From positions 186,001-250,000 of the forward strand of contig NW_025767504.1 of the NCBI RefSeq assembly GCF_003918875.1: 64,000 bases of DNA, read 5' to 3'. Below, one piece after another: positions 1 to 12,523 of the stretch. The notes under the pieces are model-generated. The model was given only the letters and a program-made list of their open reading frames with translations. It had not been told where the DNA came from and searched no databases. This DNA is from Haliotis rubra (Eukaryota). The translations under genes were made by a program, and so were the position numbers. How positions within the stretch are numbered: the stretch's first letter is position 1; each line of letters opens with the position of its first letter.

Positions 1-389
1 CAGATCCACCACCGTAAGGAACTGATGCTCTCGTGTTCTTAGGCTCATAGGCACTGTTCTTGTCTCATCCCATGTGCCTTTATGCGGTTTCTTACAGTCC
101 ACAGACGTCTGTTGGGGAGCCATAGGTGCTTCAGGACGCCATTTGTAGTGCTAGGCTGACGTCTCACATGGCTTGCTAAATCCCGATCCTCGGCTTGAGA
201 CGTCTTTCGGGGTTGAACTGGCCTTGGTCAGTCCTTAACCTTGTTGGTGTGACGGTGTTTTTTAACAAGTCGACTTATGACGGTGTGGTGAATGTCAAGC
301 TGTCGCCCAATAACCCTGCATGACAACCCGGTGTCGTGCATTCCAATAATTTGCCATCTTTATGCTTCTGGTAGTCTCCTTCGTGCCAT
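1..389 (-). mobile_element. Degenerate Tc1-type transposase remnant (N-terminal HTH region) inside DHRS11 intron 3
   Basis: Minus-strand translation from 389: MARRRLPEA*RWQIIGMHDTGLSCRVIGRQLDIHHTVISRLVKKHRHTNKVKD*PRPVQPRKTSQAEDRDL...TVRNRIKAHG, with PYGGGS near the window edge. This matches the Tc1 pattern (DRPRSGRPRKT..EDR, TVRNRL, GGGSV). Contains in-frame stops. Confidence 0.75.
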
Positions 390-545
390 TGTAACAGAGA
401 CTGGTAAAATCATTAAAAAGTTTGGGCGTTGTATACATTAGCCGCGTTGAGTTGAATGTGCGTTTTTGAGACAATCGTGGGTAGTGTGCTTCAACTGCAT
501 ATTGGGATGTATTTTTACGATTGATTTAGCAATGATTCGTCTCAC

Positions 546-3500
546 CTGTTGATCAGGATGAAGTGGCCGTCGTTGACACCTCGTTCCCGCTGAGATTTAT
601 AGGCTTCACGGGAGCAGATACAGAGCGCCAACACATTCACCTGAGGTCCAAGAGCAGATGCAAAGGGTCAACAAATTCACCTGAGATACAAGAGCAGATA
701 CATATAGCCAACACATTCACCTGAGGTACAAGAGCAGATACAGAGCGCCAACACATTCACCTGAGGTACAAGAGCAGATACAGAGCACCAACACATTCAC
801 CTGTGATACAAGAGCAGATGCAAAGGGTCAACACATTCACCTGAGGTATAAGAGCACATACAAATAGCCAACACATTCACCTGAGATACAAGAGCAGATA
901 CAGAGCGCCAAGACATTCACCTGAGGTACAAGAGCAGATGCAAAGGGTCAACACATTCACCAGAGGTACAAGAGCAGATACAGAGCGCCAACACATTCAC
1001 CTGAGATACAAGAGCAGATACAGAGGGTCACACATTCACCTGAGGTACCAGAGCAGATACAGAGCGCCAACACATTCACCTGAGATACAAGAACAGATAC
1101 AGAGGGCCCACACATTCACCTGAGGTACAAGAGCAGATACAGAGCGCCAACACATTCGCCTGAGATACAAGAGCAGATACAGAGGGTCACACATTCACCT
1201 GAGGTACAAGAGCAGATACAGAGCGCCAACACATTCACCTGAGATACAAGAGCAGATACAGAGCGCCCACACATTCACCTGAGATACAAGAGCAGATACA
1301 GAGGGTCACACATTCACCTGAGATACAAGAGCAGATACAGAGCGCCAACACATTCACCTGAGATACAAGAGCAGATACAGAGGGCCCACACATTCACCTG
1401 AGGTACAAGAGCAGATACAGAGCGCCAACACATTCACCTGAGATACAAGAGCAGATACAGAGGGTCACACATTCACCTTAGGTACAAGAGCAGATACAGA
1501 GGGTCACACATTCACCTTAGGTACAAGAGCAGATACAGAGGGCCCACACATTCACCTGAGATACAAGAGCAGATACAGAGGGTCACACATTCACCTGAGG
1601 TACAAGAGCAGATACAGAGGGCCCACACATTCACCTGAGATACAAGAGCAGATACAGAGGGTCACACATTCACCTTAGGTACAAGAGCAGATACAGAGGG
1701 CCCACACATTCACCTTAGGTACAAGAGCAGATACAGAGGGTCACACATTCACCTTAGGTACAAGAGCAGATAGAGAGGGCCCACACATTCACCTGAGGTA
1801 CAAGAGTAGATACAGAGGGTCACACATTCACCTTAGGTACAAGAGCAGATAGAGAGGGCCCACACATTCACCTTAGGTACAAGAGCAGATACAGAGCGCC
1901 AACACATTCACCTTAGGTACAAGAGTAGATACAGAGGGTCACACATTCACCTTAGGTACAAGAGTAGATACAGAGGGCCCACACATTCACCTTAGGTACA
2001 AGAGCAGATACAGAGGGTCACACATTCACCTGAGATACAAGAGCAGATACAGAGGGTCACACATTCACCTTAGGTACAAGAGCAGATACAGAGGGCCCAC
2101 ACATTCACCTTAGGTACAAGAGTAGATACAGAGGGTCACACATTCACCTTAGGTACAAGAGCAGATACAGAGGGTCAACACATTCACCTGAGGTACAAGA
2201 GTAGATACAGAGGGTCAACACATTCACCTGAAGTACAAGAGCAGATACAGAGGGTCACACATTCACCTTAGGTACAAGAGCAGATACAGAGGGTCACACA
2301 TTCACCTGAAGTACAAGAGCAGATACAGAGGGTCACACATTCACCTTAGGTACAAGAGCAGATACAGAGGGTCACACATTCACCTGAGATACAAGAGCAG
2401 ATACAGAGGGCCCACACATTCACCTTAGGTACAAGAGCAGATACAGAGGGTCAACACATTCACCTGAGGTACAAGAGCAGATACAGAGGGTCACACATTC
2501 ACCTGAGGTACAAGGTGACCCATTCGTGGACATCACTTGGTGTTTCTGCTGATGTGGCCTGTATTTTAACAATGTTTCAATTTTTTCACAACCTGTCAGC
2601 TTGATATCGGTGACATGTCCAAAGTGATGAGTGTGTATGGTACTGGGATTAGAACCTATGATCATAGTTTTCTGGTGTGACTAAGAGACACAACTCTGCA
2701 CAGCAAATTGCCCCGCCTTGAATGACAGGGCCACCGTGTGCCGTCATTACAATGAATAGTAGCGCTAATGATTTGTCTTGCTGCTAAAACACACTTGATT
2801 GGCCAAATACATTTACAATATATACAATAATTTCCAAAGCAACAATCAAAGATTTGCATTAAGTTCCAGAAAAGCAGCCCCCATTATCATTACGCGTACT
2901 ACTTCATTGTAAAAACCATTTGAGGTAACAAAAGACCACTGAAGTGTGAAATAGAGTATAACCTTTCCTGCGCATGAGTAGACTAATTGACTTTCTACGC
3001 ATGCGCACCGGTAATCAAAAAGGGCGACAACGCGACACGCGACAATGCGACATATCGAATATGTCGCATTGTCGCCTGTCGCATTTTAGTCAATTTTTAG
3101 GCTTCATTTTACACATCTTAGATAGGGCGCACGCGACAACGCGACATATTTTGACCTTGAAAATTGTCGCTATGTCGCGTGTCACCCTTTGAAGGAATAG
3201 AGAAATATTATTCAAAACGCGACACGCGACAATGCGACAAATGGGCGAAATGTCGCGTTGTCGCGTTTTGGTTTATTTTGCCTCATTTTACTTGTTTTGA
3301 GATGGCGACAATGCGACAATGCGACAACGCGACAATGTCCCTTCTCGGATTCCATAGATATCACACACATGCTGGTACACACATGTCAAACTGATTTTAA
3401 TACACGTCAGGCTTTGTGTTGTCTCTCGGGAAAACATACGGATAAAACATACAAAGGACACATACTGTTAGAAAACATTGAATAGTCAATACATAAGGTG

Positions 3501-6500
3501 TCACAACTATTGACATTTTATATTAATGGGATAAATAGTTTAGCAACGTAACGGAGACATTTGCATCAGCCGTTGAACGTCAGACGACCACAGATTTTGT
3601 TTGATGGTTGGCCAAAGCTCTACAACCAATCACATAAAGGCAAGGATTTTATAGATGTCAACTTCTTTATTGTGATGGACACGACGTTAGGAAGTATATT
3701 CCTACTTTTCATCAGGTGTATGTTGTTCACATGATGGAGGAGTAACATTCACCTGATGAAGGAGTAACATTCACCTGATGGAGGAGTAACATTCACCTGA
3801 TGAAGGAGTAACATTCACCTGATGGAGGAGTAACATTCACCTGATGGAGGAGTAACATTCACCTGATGAAGGAGTAACATTCACCTGATGGAGGAGTAAC
3901 ATTCACCTGATGAAGGAGTAACATTCACCTGATGGAGGAGTAACATTCACCTGATGGAGGAGTAACATTCACCTGATGGAGGAGTAACATTGACCTGATG
4001 AAGGAGTAACATTCACCTGATGAAGGAGTAACATTCACCTGATGAAGGAGTAACATTCACCTGATGGAGGAGTAACATTCACCTGATGGAGGAGTAACAT
4101 TCACCTGATGGAGGAGTAACATTCACCTGATGGAGGAGTAACATTCACCTGATGAAGGAGTAACATTCACCTGATGAAGGAGTAACATTCACCTGATGGA
4201 GGAGTAACATTCACCTGATGGAGGAGTAACATTCACCTGATGGAGGAGTAACATTCACCTGATGGAGGAGTAACATTCACTTGATGAAGGAGTAACATTG
4301 ACCTGATGAAGGAGTAACATTCACCTGATGAAGGAGTAACATTCACCTGATGAAGGAGTAACATTGACCTGATGGAGGAGTAACATTCACCTGATGGAGG
4401 AGTAACATTCACCTGATGGAGGAGTAACATTCACCTGATGAAGGAGTAACATTCACCTGATGAAGGAGTAACATTCACCTGATGAAGGAGTAACATTCAC
4501 CTGATGAAGGAGTAACATTCACCTGATGGAGGAGTAACATTCACCTGATGGAGGAGTAACATTCACCTGATGGAGGAGTAACATTCACCTGATGAAGGAG
4601 TAACATTCACCTGATGAAGGAGTTACATTCACCTGATGAAGGAGTAACATTCACCTGATGGAGGAGTAACATTCACCTGATGGAGGAGTAACGTTCACCT
4701 GATGAAGGAGTAACATTCACCTGATGAAGGAGTAACATTCACCTGATGAAGGAGTAACATTCACCTGATGAAGGAGTAACATTCACCTGATGAAGGAGTA
4801 ACATTCACCTGATGAAGGAGTTACATTCACCTGATGAAGGAGTAACATTCACCTGATGGAGGAGTAACGTTCACCTGATGAAGGAGTAACATTCACCTGA
4901 TGAAGGAGTAACATTCACCTGATGAAGGAGTAACATTCACCTGATGGAGGAGTAACATTCACCTGATGAAGGAGTAACATTCACCATAACATTCACCTGA
5001 TGAAGGAGTAACATTGACCTGATGAAGGAGTAACATTCACCTGATGGAGGAGTAACATTCACCTGATGAAGGAGTAACATTCACCTGATGGAGGAGTAAC
5101 ATTCACCTGATGAAGGAGTAACATTCACCTGATGAAGGAGTAACATTCACCTGATGAAGGAGTAACATTCACCTGATGGAGGAGTAACATTCACCTGATG
5201 GAGGAGTAACATTCACCTGATGAAGGAGTAACATTCACCTGATGGAGGAGTAACATTCACCTGATGAAGGAGTAACATTCACCTGATGGAGGAGTAACAT
5301 TCACCTGATGAAGGAGTAACATTCACCTGATGAAGGAGTAACATTCACCTGATGGAGGAGTAACATTCACCTGATGGAGGAGTAACATTCACCTGATGAA
5401 GGAGTAACATTCACCTGATGAAGGAGTAACATTCACCTGATGAAGGAGTAACATTCACCTGATGGAGGAGTAACATTCACCTGATGGAGGAGTAACATTC
5501 ACCTGATGGAGGAGTAACATTCACCTGATGGAGGAGTAACATTCACCTGATGGAGGAGTAACATTCACCTGATGAAGGAGTAACATTCACCTGATGAAGG
5601 AGTTACATTCACCTGATGAAGGAGTTACATTCACCTGATGGAGGAGTAACGTTCACCTGATGGAGGAGTAACGTTCACCTGATGAAGGAGTAACATTCAC
5701 CTGATGAAGGAGTAACATTCACCTGATGAAGGAGTAACGTTCACCTGATGAAGGAGTAACATTCACCTGATGAAGGAGTAACATTCACCTGATGAAGGAG
5801 TTACATTCACCTGATGAAGGAGTAACATTCACCTGATGGAGGAGTAACGTTCACCTGATGAAGGAGTAACATTCACCTGATGAAGGAGTAACATTCACCT
5901 GATGAAGGAGTAACATTCACCTGATGGAGGAGTAACATTCACCTGATGAAGGAGTAACATTCACCTGATGAAGGAGTAACATTCACCTGATGGAGGAGTA
6001 ACATTCACCTGATGAAGGAGTAACATTGACCCTGATGAAGGAGTAACATTCACCTGATGGAGGAGTAACATTCACCTGATGGAGGAGTAACATTCACCTG
6101 ATGAAGGAGTAACATTCACCTGATGGAGGAGTTACATTCACCTGATGAAGGAGTAACATTCACCTGATGAAGGAGTAACATTCACCTGATGGAGGAGTAA
6201 CATTCACCTGATGGAGGAGTAACATTCACCTGATGAAGGAGTAACATTCACCTGATGGAGGAGTAACATTCACCTGATGAAGGAGTAACATTCACCTGAT
6301 GGAGGAGTAACATTCACCTGATGAAGGAGTAACATTCACCTGATGAAGGAGTAACATTCACCCGATGGAGGAGTAACATTCACCTGATGAAGGAGAACAT
6401 TCACCTGATGAGGGAGTAACATTCACCTGATGGAGGAGTAACATTCACCTGATGAAGGGCAACATTCACCAGCAACATTCACCTGATGAAGGAGTAACAT

Positions 6501-9500
6501 TCACCTGATGGAGGAGTAACATTCACCTGATGAAGGAGTAACATTCACCTGATGAAGGAGTAACATTCACCTGATGAAGGAGTAACATTCACCTGATGAA
6601 GGAGTAACATTCACATGATGGAGGAGTAACATGCACCTGATTGAGGAGTAACATTCACCTGATGGAGGAGTAACATTCACCTGATGGAGGAGTAACATTC
6701 ACTTGATGAAGACGAAACATTGACCTGATGAAGGAGTAACATTCACCTGATGAAGGAGTAACATTCACCTGATGAAGGAGTAACATTCACCTGATGAAGG
6801 AGTAACATTCACCTGATGAAGGCGTAACATTCACCTGATGGAGGAGTAACATTCACCTGATGAAGGAGTAACATTCACCTGATGAAGGAGTAACATTGAC
6901 CTGATGAAGGAGTAACATTCACCTGATGAAGGAGTAACATTCACCTGATGAAGGAGTAACATTCACCTGATGAAGGAGTAACATTCACCTGATGAAGGAG
7001 TAACATTCACCTGATGAAGGAGTAACATTCACCTGATGAAGGAGTAACATTCACCTGATGAAGGAGTAACATTGACCTGATGAAGGAGTAACATTCACCT
7101 GATGAAGGAGTAACATTCACCTGATGAAGGAGTAACATTCACCTGATGAAGGAGTAACATTGACCTGATGAAGGAGTAACATTGACCTGATGAAGGAGTA
7201 ACATTCACCTGATGAAGGAGTAACATTCACCTGATGAAGGAGTAACATTCACCTGATGGAGGAGTAACATTCACCTGATGAAGGAGTAACATTGACCTGA
7301 TGAAGGAGTAACATTGACCTGATGGAGTAGTGACATTCACCTGATGAAGGAGTAACATTCACCTGATGAAGGAGTAACATTCACCTGATGGAGGAGTAAC
7401 ATTCACCTGATGAAGGAGTAACATTCACCTGATGGAGGAGTAACATTCACCTGATGAAGGAGTAACATTCACCTGATGAAGGAGTAACATTCACCTGATG
7501 AAGGAGTAACATTCACCTGATGAAGGAGTAACATTCACCATAACATTCACCTGATGAAGGAGTAACATTCACCTGATGAAGGAGTAACATTCACCTGATG
7601 AAGGAGTAACATTCACCTGATGAAGGAGTAACATTCACCTGATGGAAGGAGTAACATTCACCTGATGAAGGAGTAACATTCACCTGATGAAGGAGTAACA
7701 TTCACCTGATGAAGGAGTAACATTCACCTGATGGAGGAGTAACATTCACCTGATGAAGGAGTAACATTCACCTGATGGAGGAGTAACATTCACCTGATGA
7801 AGGAGTAACATTCACCTGATGAGGAGTAACATTCACCTGATGAAAGTAACATTCACCTGATGAAGGAGTAACATTCACCTGATGGAGGAGTAACATTCAC
7901 CTGATGAAGGAGTAACATTCACCTGATGAGGAGGACCTGATAGCATTCACCTGATGAAGGAGTAACATTCACCTGATGAAGGAGTAACATTCACCTGATG
8001 AAGGAGTAACATTCACCTGATGAAGGAGTAACATTCACCTGATGGAGGAGTAACATTCACCTGATGAAGGGCAACAGACCTGATGAAGGAGTAACATTCA
8101 CCTGATGAAGGAGTAACATTCACCTGATGGAGGAGTAACATTCACCTGATGAAGGAGTAACGTTCACCTGATGAAGGAGTAACATTCACCTGATGAAGGA
8201 GTAACATTCACCTGATGGAGGAGTAACATTCACCTGATGGAGGAGTAACATTCACCTGATGAAGGAGTAACATTCACCTGATGGAGGAGTAACATTCACC
8301 TGATGAAGGAGTAGGAATATACTTCGAAATGTCGTGTCCATCACAATAAAGAAGTTGACATCCATAAAAGTCTTGCCTTTGTGTGTGTCACTTCTAAATG
8401 CCTTTCAAAGACTCCAATCACATAATGTACCAGGACGTTTCTGACTGTGAAAGGTTTAGAGCTCGTGCCGCAATGCACTACCTTCTTTCAAACGTCCAAC
8501 ATGCCAATTGCACGTGGCGGCTCATGACGTGGCAGGATGTCAAAAACCGTTTGAATTCAAAATAACATTAGAACAAATATGCGTCTGGTTTTATCACAGA
8601 CATTTACACTAACCCGTTTCACTGTACATTTAGAATATTACCCCGTCAGTATTCCCATGCACATCATCGAAAACGCTTGCCCGAACCAGGCGTGTTTGAG
8701 GGAAATTCTAAACACGTTGTGGATGAAATGATCATTTTCTAAATCCATATACAAGCATACAACTTGGTTCCCAAATAACATCAAATTGGAATATTCCTTA
8801 ATCAATTTAATAAAATATGACACTCTTCACAAGAGTGAATACGTACATCTAACATTTCCCGCCACTGGCTTGTGTTTCCTTCCATCAAAGAGGTATCATG
8901 ACCCAGTCCGGCATTGTTAATACAGACGTCAACTCCTCCAAGGTCAGGGTCAGATTTGATGTTTTGGAACATTGCCAAGATGTCCTCCTCCTGTGTGACG
9001 TCACATTTCATTGGTTTGAGTGATCCTGGTTCGTCTTTCAGCTCGTCTGCGATTTTCTACAAAGCGAATATAAATTTATATATAAAATAACATGTCTTTC
9101 TAGTTGATGTTCATATGGGGCGGTGGGGTAGCCTAGTGGTTAAAGCGTTGGTTTGCCACGTCGAAGACCCGGGTTCGATTCCCGACATGGGTACAATGTG
9201 CGAAGCCCATTTCTGTCGTCCCCCCGCCGTGATATTGCTGGAAAATTGCTAAAAAAACCGCGTTCACTCACTCACTCACTGACTGATATTTAAGGGGGTA
9301 CATGATGCCGGTTATATACAGTAACACCGGTAGGCATAAAGTAGTCGCAGTGCTTATGTCGAGCAGCTGTGTCAAGTGTTATGCTTTTCATACATCTCTC
9401 ATAAATTCAGCCTTTGACATGCCGTCAACACAGTCAGACTATATCACACCGTTAACGTTAACTTTGTAAGAGGCATGGCTATAAATAACAGCAAGAGAGG

Positions 9501-9685
9501 TAGCTGATAACATAATGTAGAAATGGACGTGAGAGGTCAATCTAGAATATCACCTGAATTCGCTCTACATTGCGGGCACATCCCACAACTTTCATCCCAC
9601 TCTTGACCAGAGATCGGCTGATTGCTGCTCCGATCCCTGCCGAAGCTCCAGTCACCAGGGCAACACGACCTGTCCATCGTTCCAT
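546..9685 (-). CDS. DHRS11: DHRS11-like short-chain dehydrogenase/reductase, exons 1-3 (3' part lies beyond the left edge of the window)
   Basis: Exon 1 9685-9554: [44 protein letters not shown] (TGxxxGIG). Exon 2 9056-8847: KIADELK...[15 protein letters not shown]...[12 protein letters not shown]...WREMLD. Exon 3 640-546: [32 protein letters not shown]. All introns are GT-AG with consistent phases (0, 0, 2), and the peptides closely follow metazoan DHRS11. Confidence 0.9.
613..2514. repeat. 39/40-bp minisatellite (~48 units) formed from the DHRS11 intron 2/exon 3 junction
   Basis: Unit ACACATTCACCTGAGGTACAAGAGCAGATACAGAGCGCCA. On the minus strand it reads ttgtacctcag|GTGAATGTGTTGGCGCTCTGTATCTGCTC, i.e. 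11 nt of acceptor plus the first 29 nt of exon 3. Confidence 0.95.
3007..3356. mobile_element. Putative MITE-like element with many GCGACA/TGTCGC subrepeats
   Basis: Dense direct and inverted GCGACA(A/C) motifs. Ends are loosely inverted (GGTAATCAAAAAGGGCGACA ... TGTCCCTTCTCGGATTCC). Confidence 0.4.
3725..8313. repeat. 22-bp satellite (~205-210 units) in DHRS11 intron 2
   Basis: Unit ACATTCACCTGATG(A/G)AGGAGTA repeated continuously. It is flanked by ~95-bp inverted repeats (3631-3724 versus ~8291-8386). Confidence 0.97.
9117..9283 (+). mobile_element. tRNA-derived SINE (in DHRS11 intron 1)
   Basis: GGGGCGGTGGGGTAGCCTAGTGGTTAAAGCG (A box) ... GGTTCGATTCCC (B box), a conserved body and a (CACT)n tail. 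Homologous copies at 9951 and 44371. Confidence 0.85.
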
Positions 9686-9950
9686 CTCTGCTGAAACGAG
9701 GTGAATGTCCCCCAAATACTTACAACAATACGTACTCCAGCCTTATCAGCCAATAGTGACACAAAGACGTGTTGTGGCAAGTACTCCAGATATCAGGTCG
9801 GTAGGCGATCGTGCATTTCAAGTGGATGCGAATATAATAAGGACATTCGCTCCTTTATTATATAAACCAAAAGCTACCGAAGGCATGGAAAGATATACTT
9901 TGAATCATGAACGCAAAGACGAAACAGGACTGATAACGTCTTGCACAACA

Positions 9951-10116
9951 GGGGCGGTGGGGTAGCCTAGTGGTTAAAGCGTTCGCTCGTCACGCCGTAG
10001 AATCGGGTTCGATTCCCCATATAGGTACAATGTGTGAAGCCCATTTCTGGTGTCCCCCGACGTGATATTGCTGGAATATTACTAAAAGCGGCGTAAAACC
10101 CAACTCACTCACTCAC
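9951..10116 (+). mobile_element. tRNA-derived SINE with 12-bp TSD
   Basis: A/B boxes and (CACT)n tail. TSD TCTTGCACAACA (9939-9950) / TCTGGCACAACA (10117-10128). Confidence 0.88.
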
Positions 10117-10240
10117 TCTGGCACAACAACAACATGGCAGTGTCGATATCAAACTAGCGCCTACCTATGCACTAGGCCAGTACAAGCTCCACTTCAGACT
10201 GCTATACTCCCTGTAACTCGTGGTCTGTGTATCAGACGAA

Positions 10241-12523
10241 GTGAAGGTGATTCTCATTTCAGCAGTATCATAGCACCCTGGTCAAGATTACGTGGTGATT
10301 CTCATTTCAGCAGTATCATAGCACCTCGGCCAAGTTTAGGTGAAGGTGATTCTCATTTCAGCAGTATCATGGCACCCTGGTCAAGTTTACGTGAAGGTGA
10401 TTCACATTTCAGCAGTATCATAGCACCCTGGTCAAGATTACGTGAAGGTGATTCTCATTTCAGCAGTATCATAGCACCCTGGCCAAGTTTACGTGAAGGT
10501 GATTCACATTTCAGCAGTATCATAGCACCCTGGTCAAGATTACGTGGTGATTCTCATTTCAGTAGTATCATGGCACCCTGGTCAAGTTTACGTGAAGGTG
10601 ATTCTCATTTCAGTAGTATCATAGCACCCTGGTCAAGTTTACGTGAAGATGATTCACATTTCAGTAGTATCATAGCACCCTGGTCAAGTTTAGGTGAAGG
10701 TGATTCTCATTTCAGCAGTATCATAGCACCCTGGTCAAGTTTACGTGAAGGTGATTCACATTTCAGCAGTATCATAGCACCCTGGTCAAGTTTACGTGAA
10801 GGTGATTCTCATTTCAGTAGTATCATGGCACCCTGGTCAAGTTTACGTGAAGGTGATTCACATTTCAGTAGTATCATAGCACCCTGGTCAAGTTTACGTG
10901 AAGGTGATTCACATTTCAGTAGTATCATAGCACCCTGGTCAAGTTTACGTGAAGGTGATTCTCATTTCAGCAGTATCATAGCACCCTGGTCAAGTTTACG
11001 TGAAGGTGATTCACATTTCAGCAGTATCATAGCACCCTGGTCAAGTTTACGTGAAGGTGATTCTCATTTCAGTAGTATCATGGCACCCTGGTCAAGTTTA
11101 CGTGAAGGTGATTCACATTTCAGTAGTATCATAGCACCCTGGTCAAGTTTACGTGAAGGTGATTCACATTTCAGTAGTATCATAGCACCCTGGTCAAGTT
11201 TAGGTGAAGGTGATTCTCATTTCAGCAGTATCATAGCACCCTGGTCAAGTTTACGTGAAGGTGATTCACATTTCAGTAGTATCATAGCACCCTGGTCAAG
11301 TTTACGTGAAGGTGATTCTCATTTCAGTAGTATCATGGCACCCTGGTCAAGTTTACGTGAAGGTGATTCACATTTCAGTAGTATCATAGCACCCTGGTCA
11401 AGTTTACGTGAAGGTGATTCACATTTCAGTAGTATCATAGCACCCTGGTCAAGTTTACGTGAAGGTGATTCTCATTTCAGCAGTATCATGGCACCCTGGT
11501 CAAGTTTACGTGAAGATGATTCACATTTCAGTAGTATCATAGCACCCTGGTCAAGTTTACGTGAAGGTGATTCTCATTTCAGCAGTATCATAGCACCCTG
11601 GTCAAGTTTACGTGAAGGTGATTCTCATTTCAGTAGTATCATTGCACCCTGGTCAAGTTTACGTGAAGGTGATTCTCATTTCAGTAGTATCATAGCACCC
11701 TGGTCAAGTTTACGTGAAGGTGATTCACATTTCAGTAGTATCATAGCACCCTGGTCAAGTTTACGTGAAGGTGATTCACATTTCAGTAGTATCATAGCAC
11801 CCTGGTCAAGTTTAGGTGAAGGTGATTCTCGTTTCAGTAGTATCATAGCACCCTGGTCAAGTTTACGTGAAGGTGATTCTCATTTCAGTAGTATCATAGC
11901 ACCCTGGTCAAGTTTACGTGAAGATGATTCACATTTCAGTAGTATCATAGCACCCTGGTCAAGTTTACGTGAAGGTGATTCACATGTCAGCAGTATCATA
12001 GCACCCTGGTATCAAGTTTAGGTGAAGGTGATTCTCATTTCAGTAGTATCATGGCACCCTGGTCAAGTTTACGTGAAGGTGATTCACATTTCAGCAGTAT
12101 CATAGCACCCTGGTCAAGTTTACGTGAAGGTGATCCACATTTCAGTAGTATCATAGCACCCTGGTCAAGTTTACGTGAAGGTGATTCACATTTCAGCAGT
12201 ATCATAGCACCCTGGTCAAGTTTTCGTGAAGGTGATTCACATTTCAGTAGTATCATAGCACCCTGGTCAAGTTTACGTGAAGGTGATTCACATTTCAGCA
12301 GTATCATAGCACCCTGGTCAAGTTTACGTGAAGGTGATTCACATTTCAGCAGTATCATAGCACCCTGGTCAAGTTTACGTGAAGGTGATTCACATTTCAG
12401 CAGTATCATAGCACCCTGGTCAAGTTTACGTGAAGGTGATTCACATTTCAGTAGTATCATAGCACCCTGGTCAAGTTTACGTGAAGGTGATTCACATTTC
12501 AGCAGTATCATATCACCCTGGCC
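10241..12523. repeat. 51-bp minisatellite (~45 units)
   Basis: Unit GTGAAGGTGATTC(T/A)CATTTCAG(C/T)AGTATCATAGCACCCTGGTCAAGTTTAC. It lies between the divergently oriented DHRS11 and cluster gene 1. Confidence 0.95.

Noticed and set aside
613-8313. CRISPR-like regular repeats
   Set aside because: Head-to-tail units without unique spacers, no cas genes, and a eukaryotic intron context.
9117-9185. tRNA gene (also at 9951 and 44371)
   Set aside because: The tRNA-like head continues into a shared non-tRNA body and a simple-repeat tail, with TSDs in two copies, so these are SINEs.
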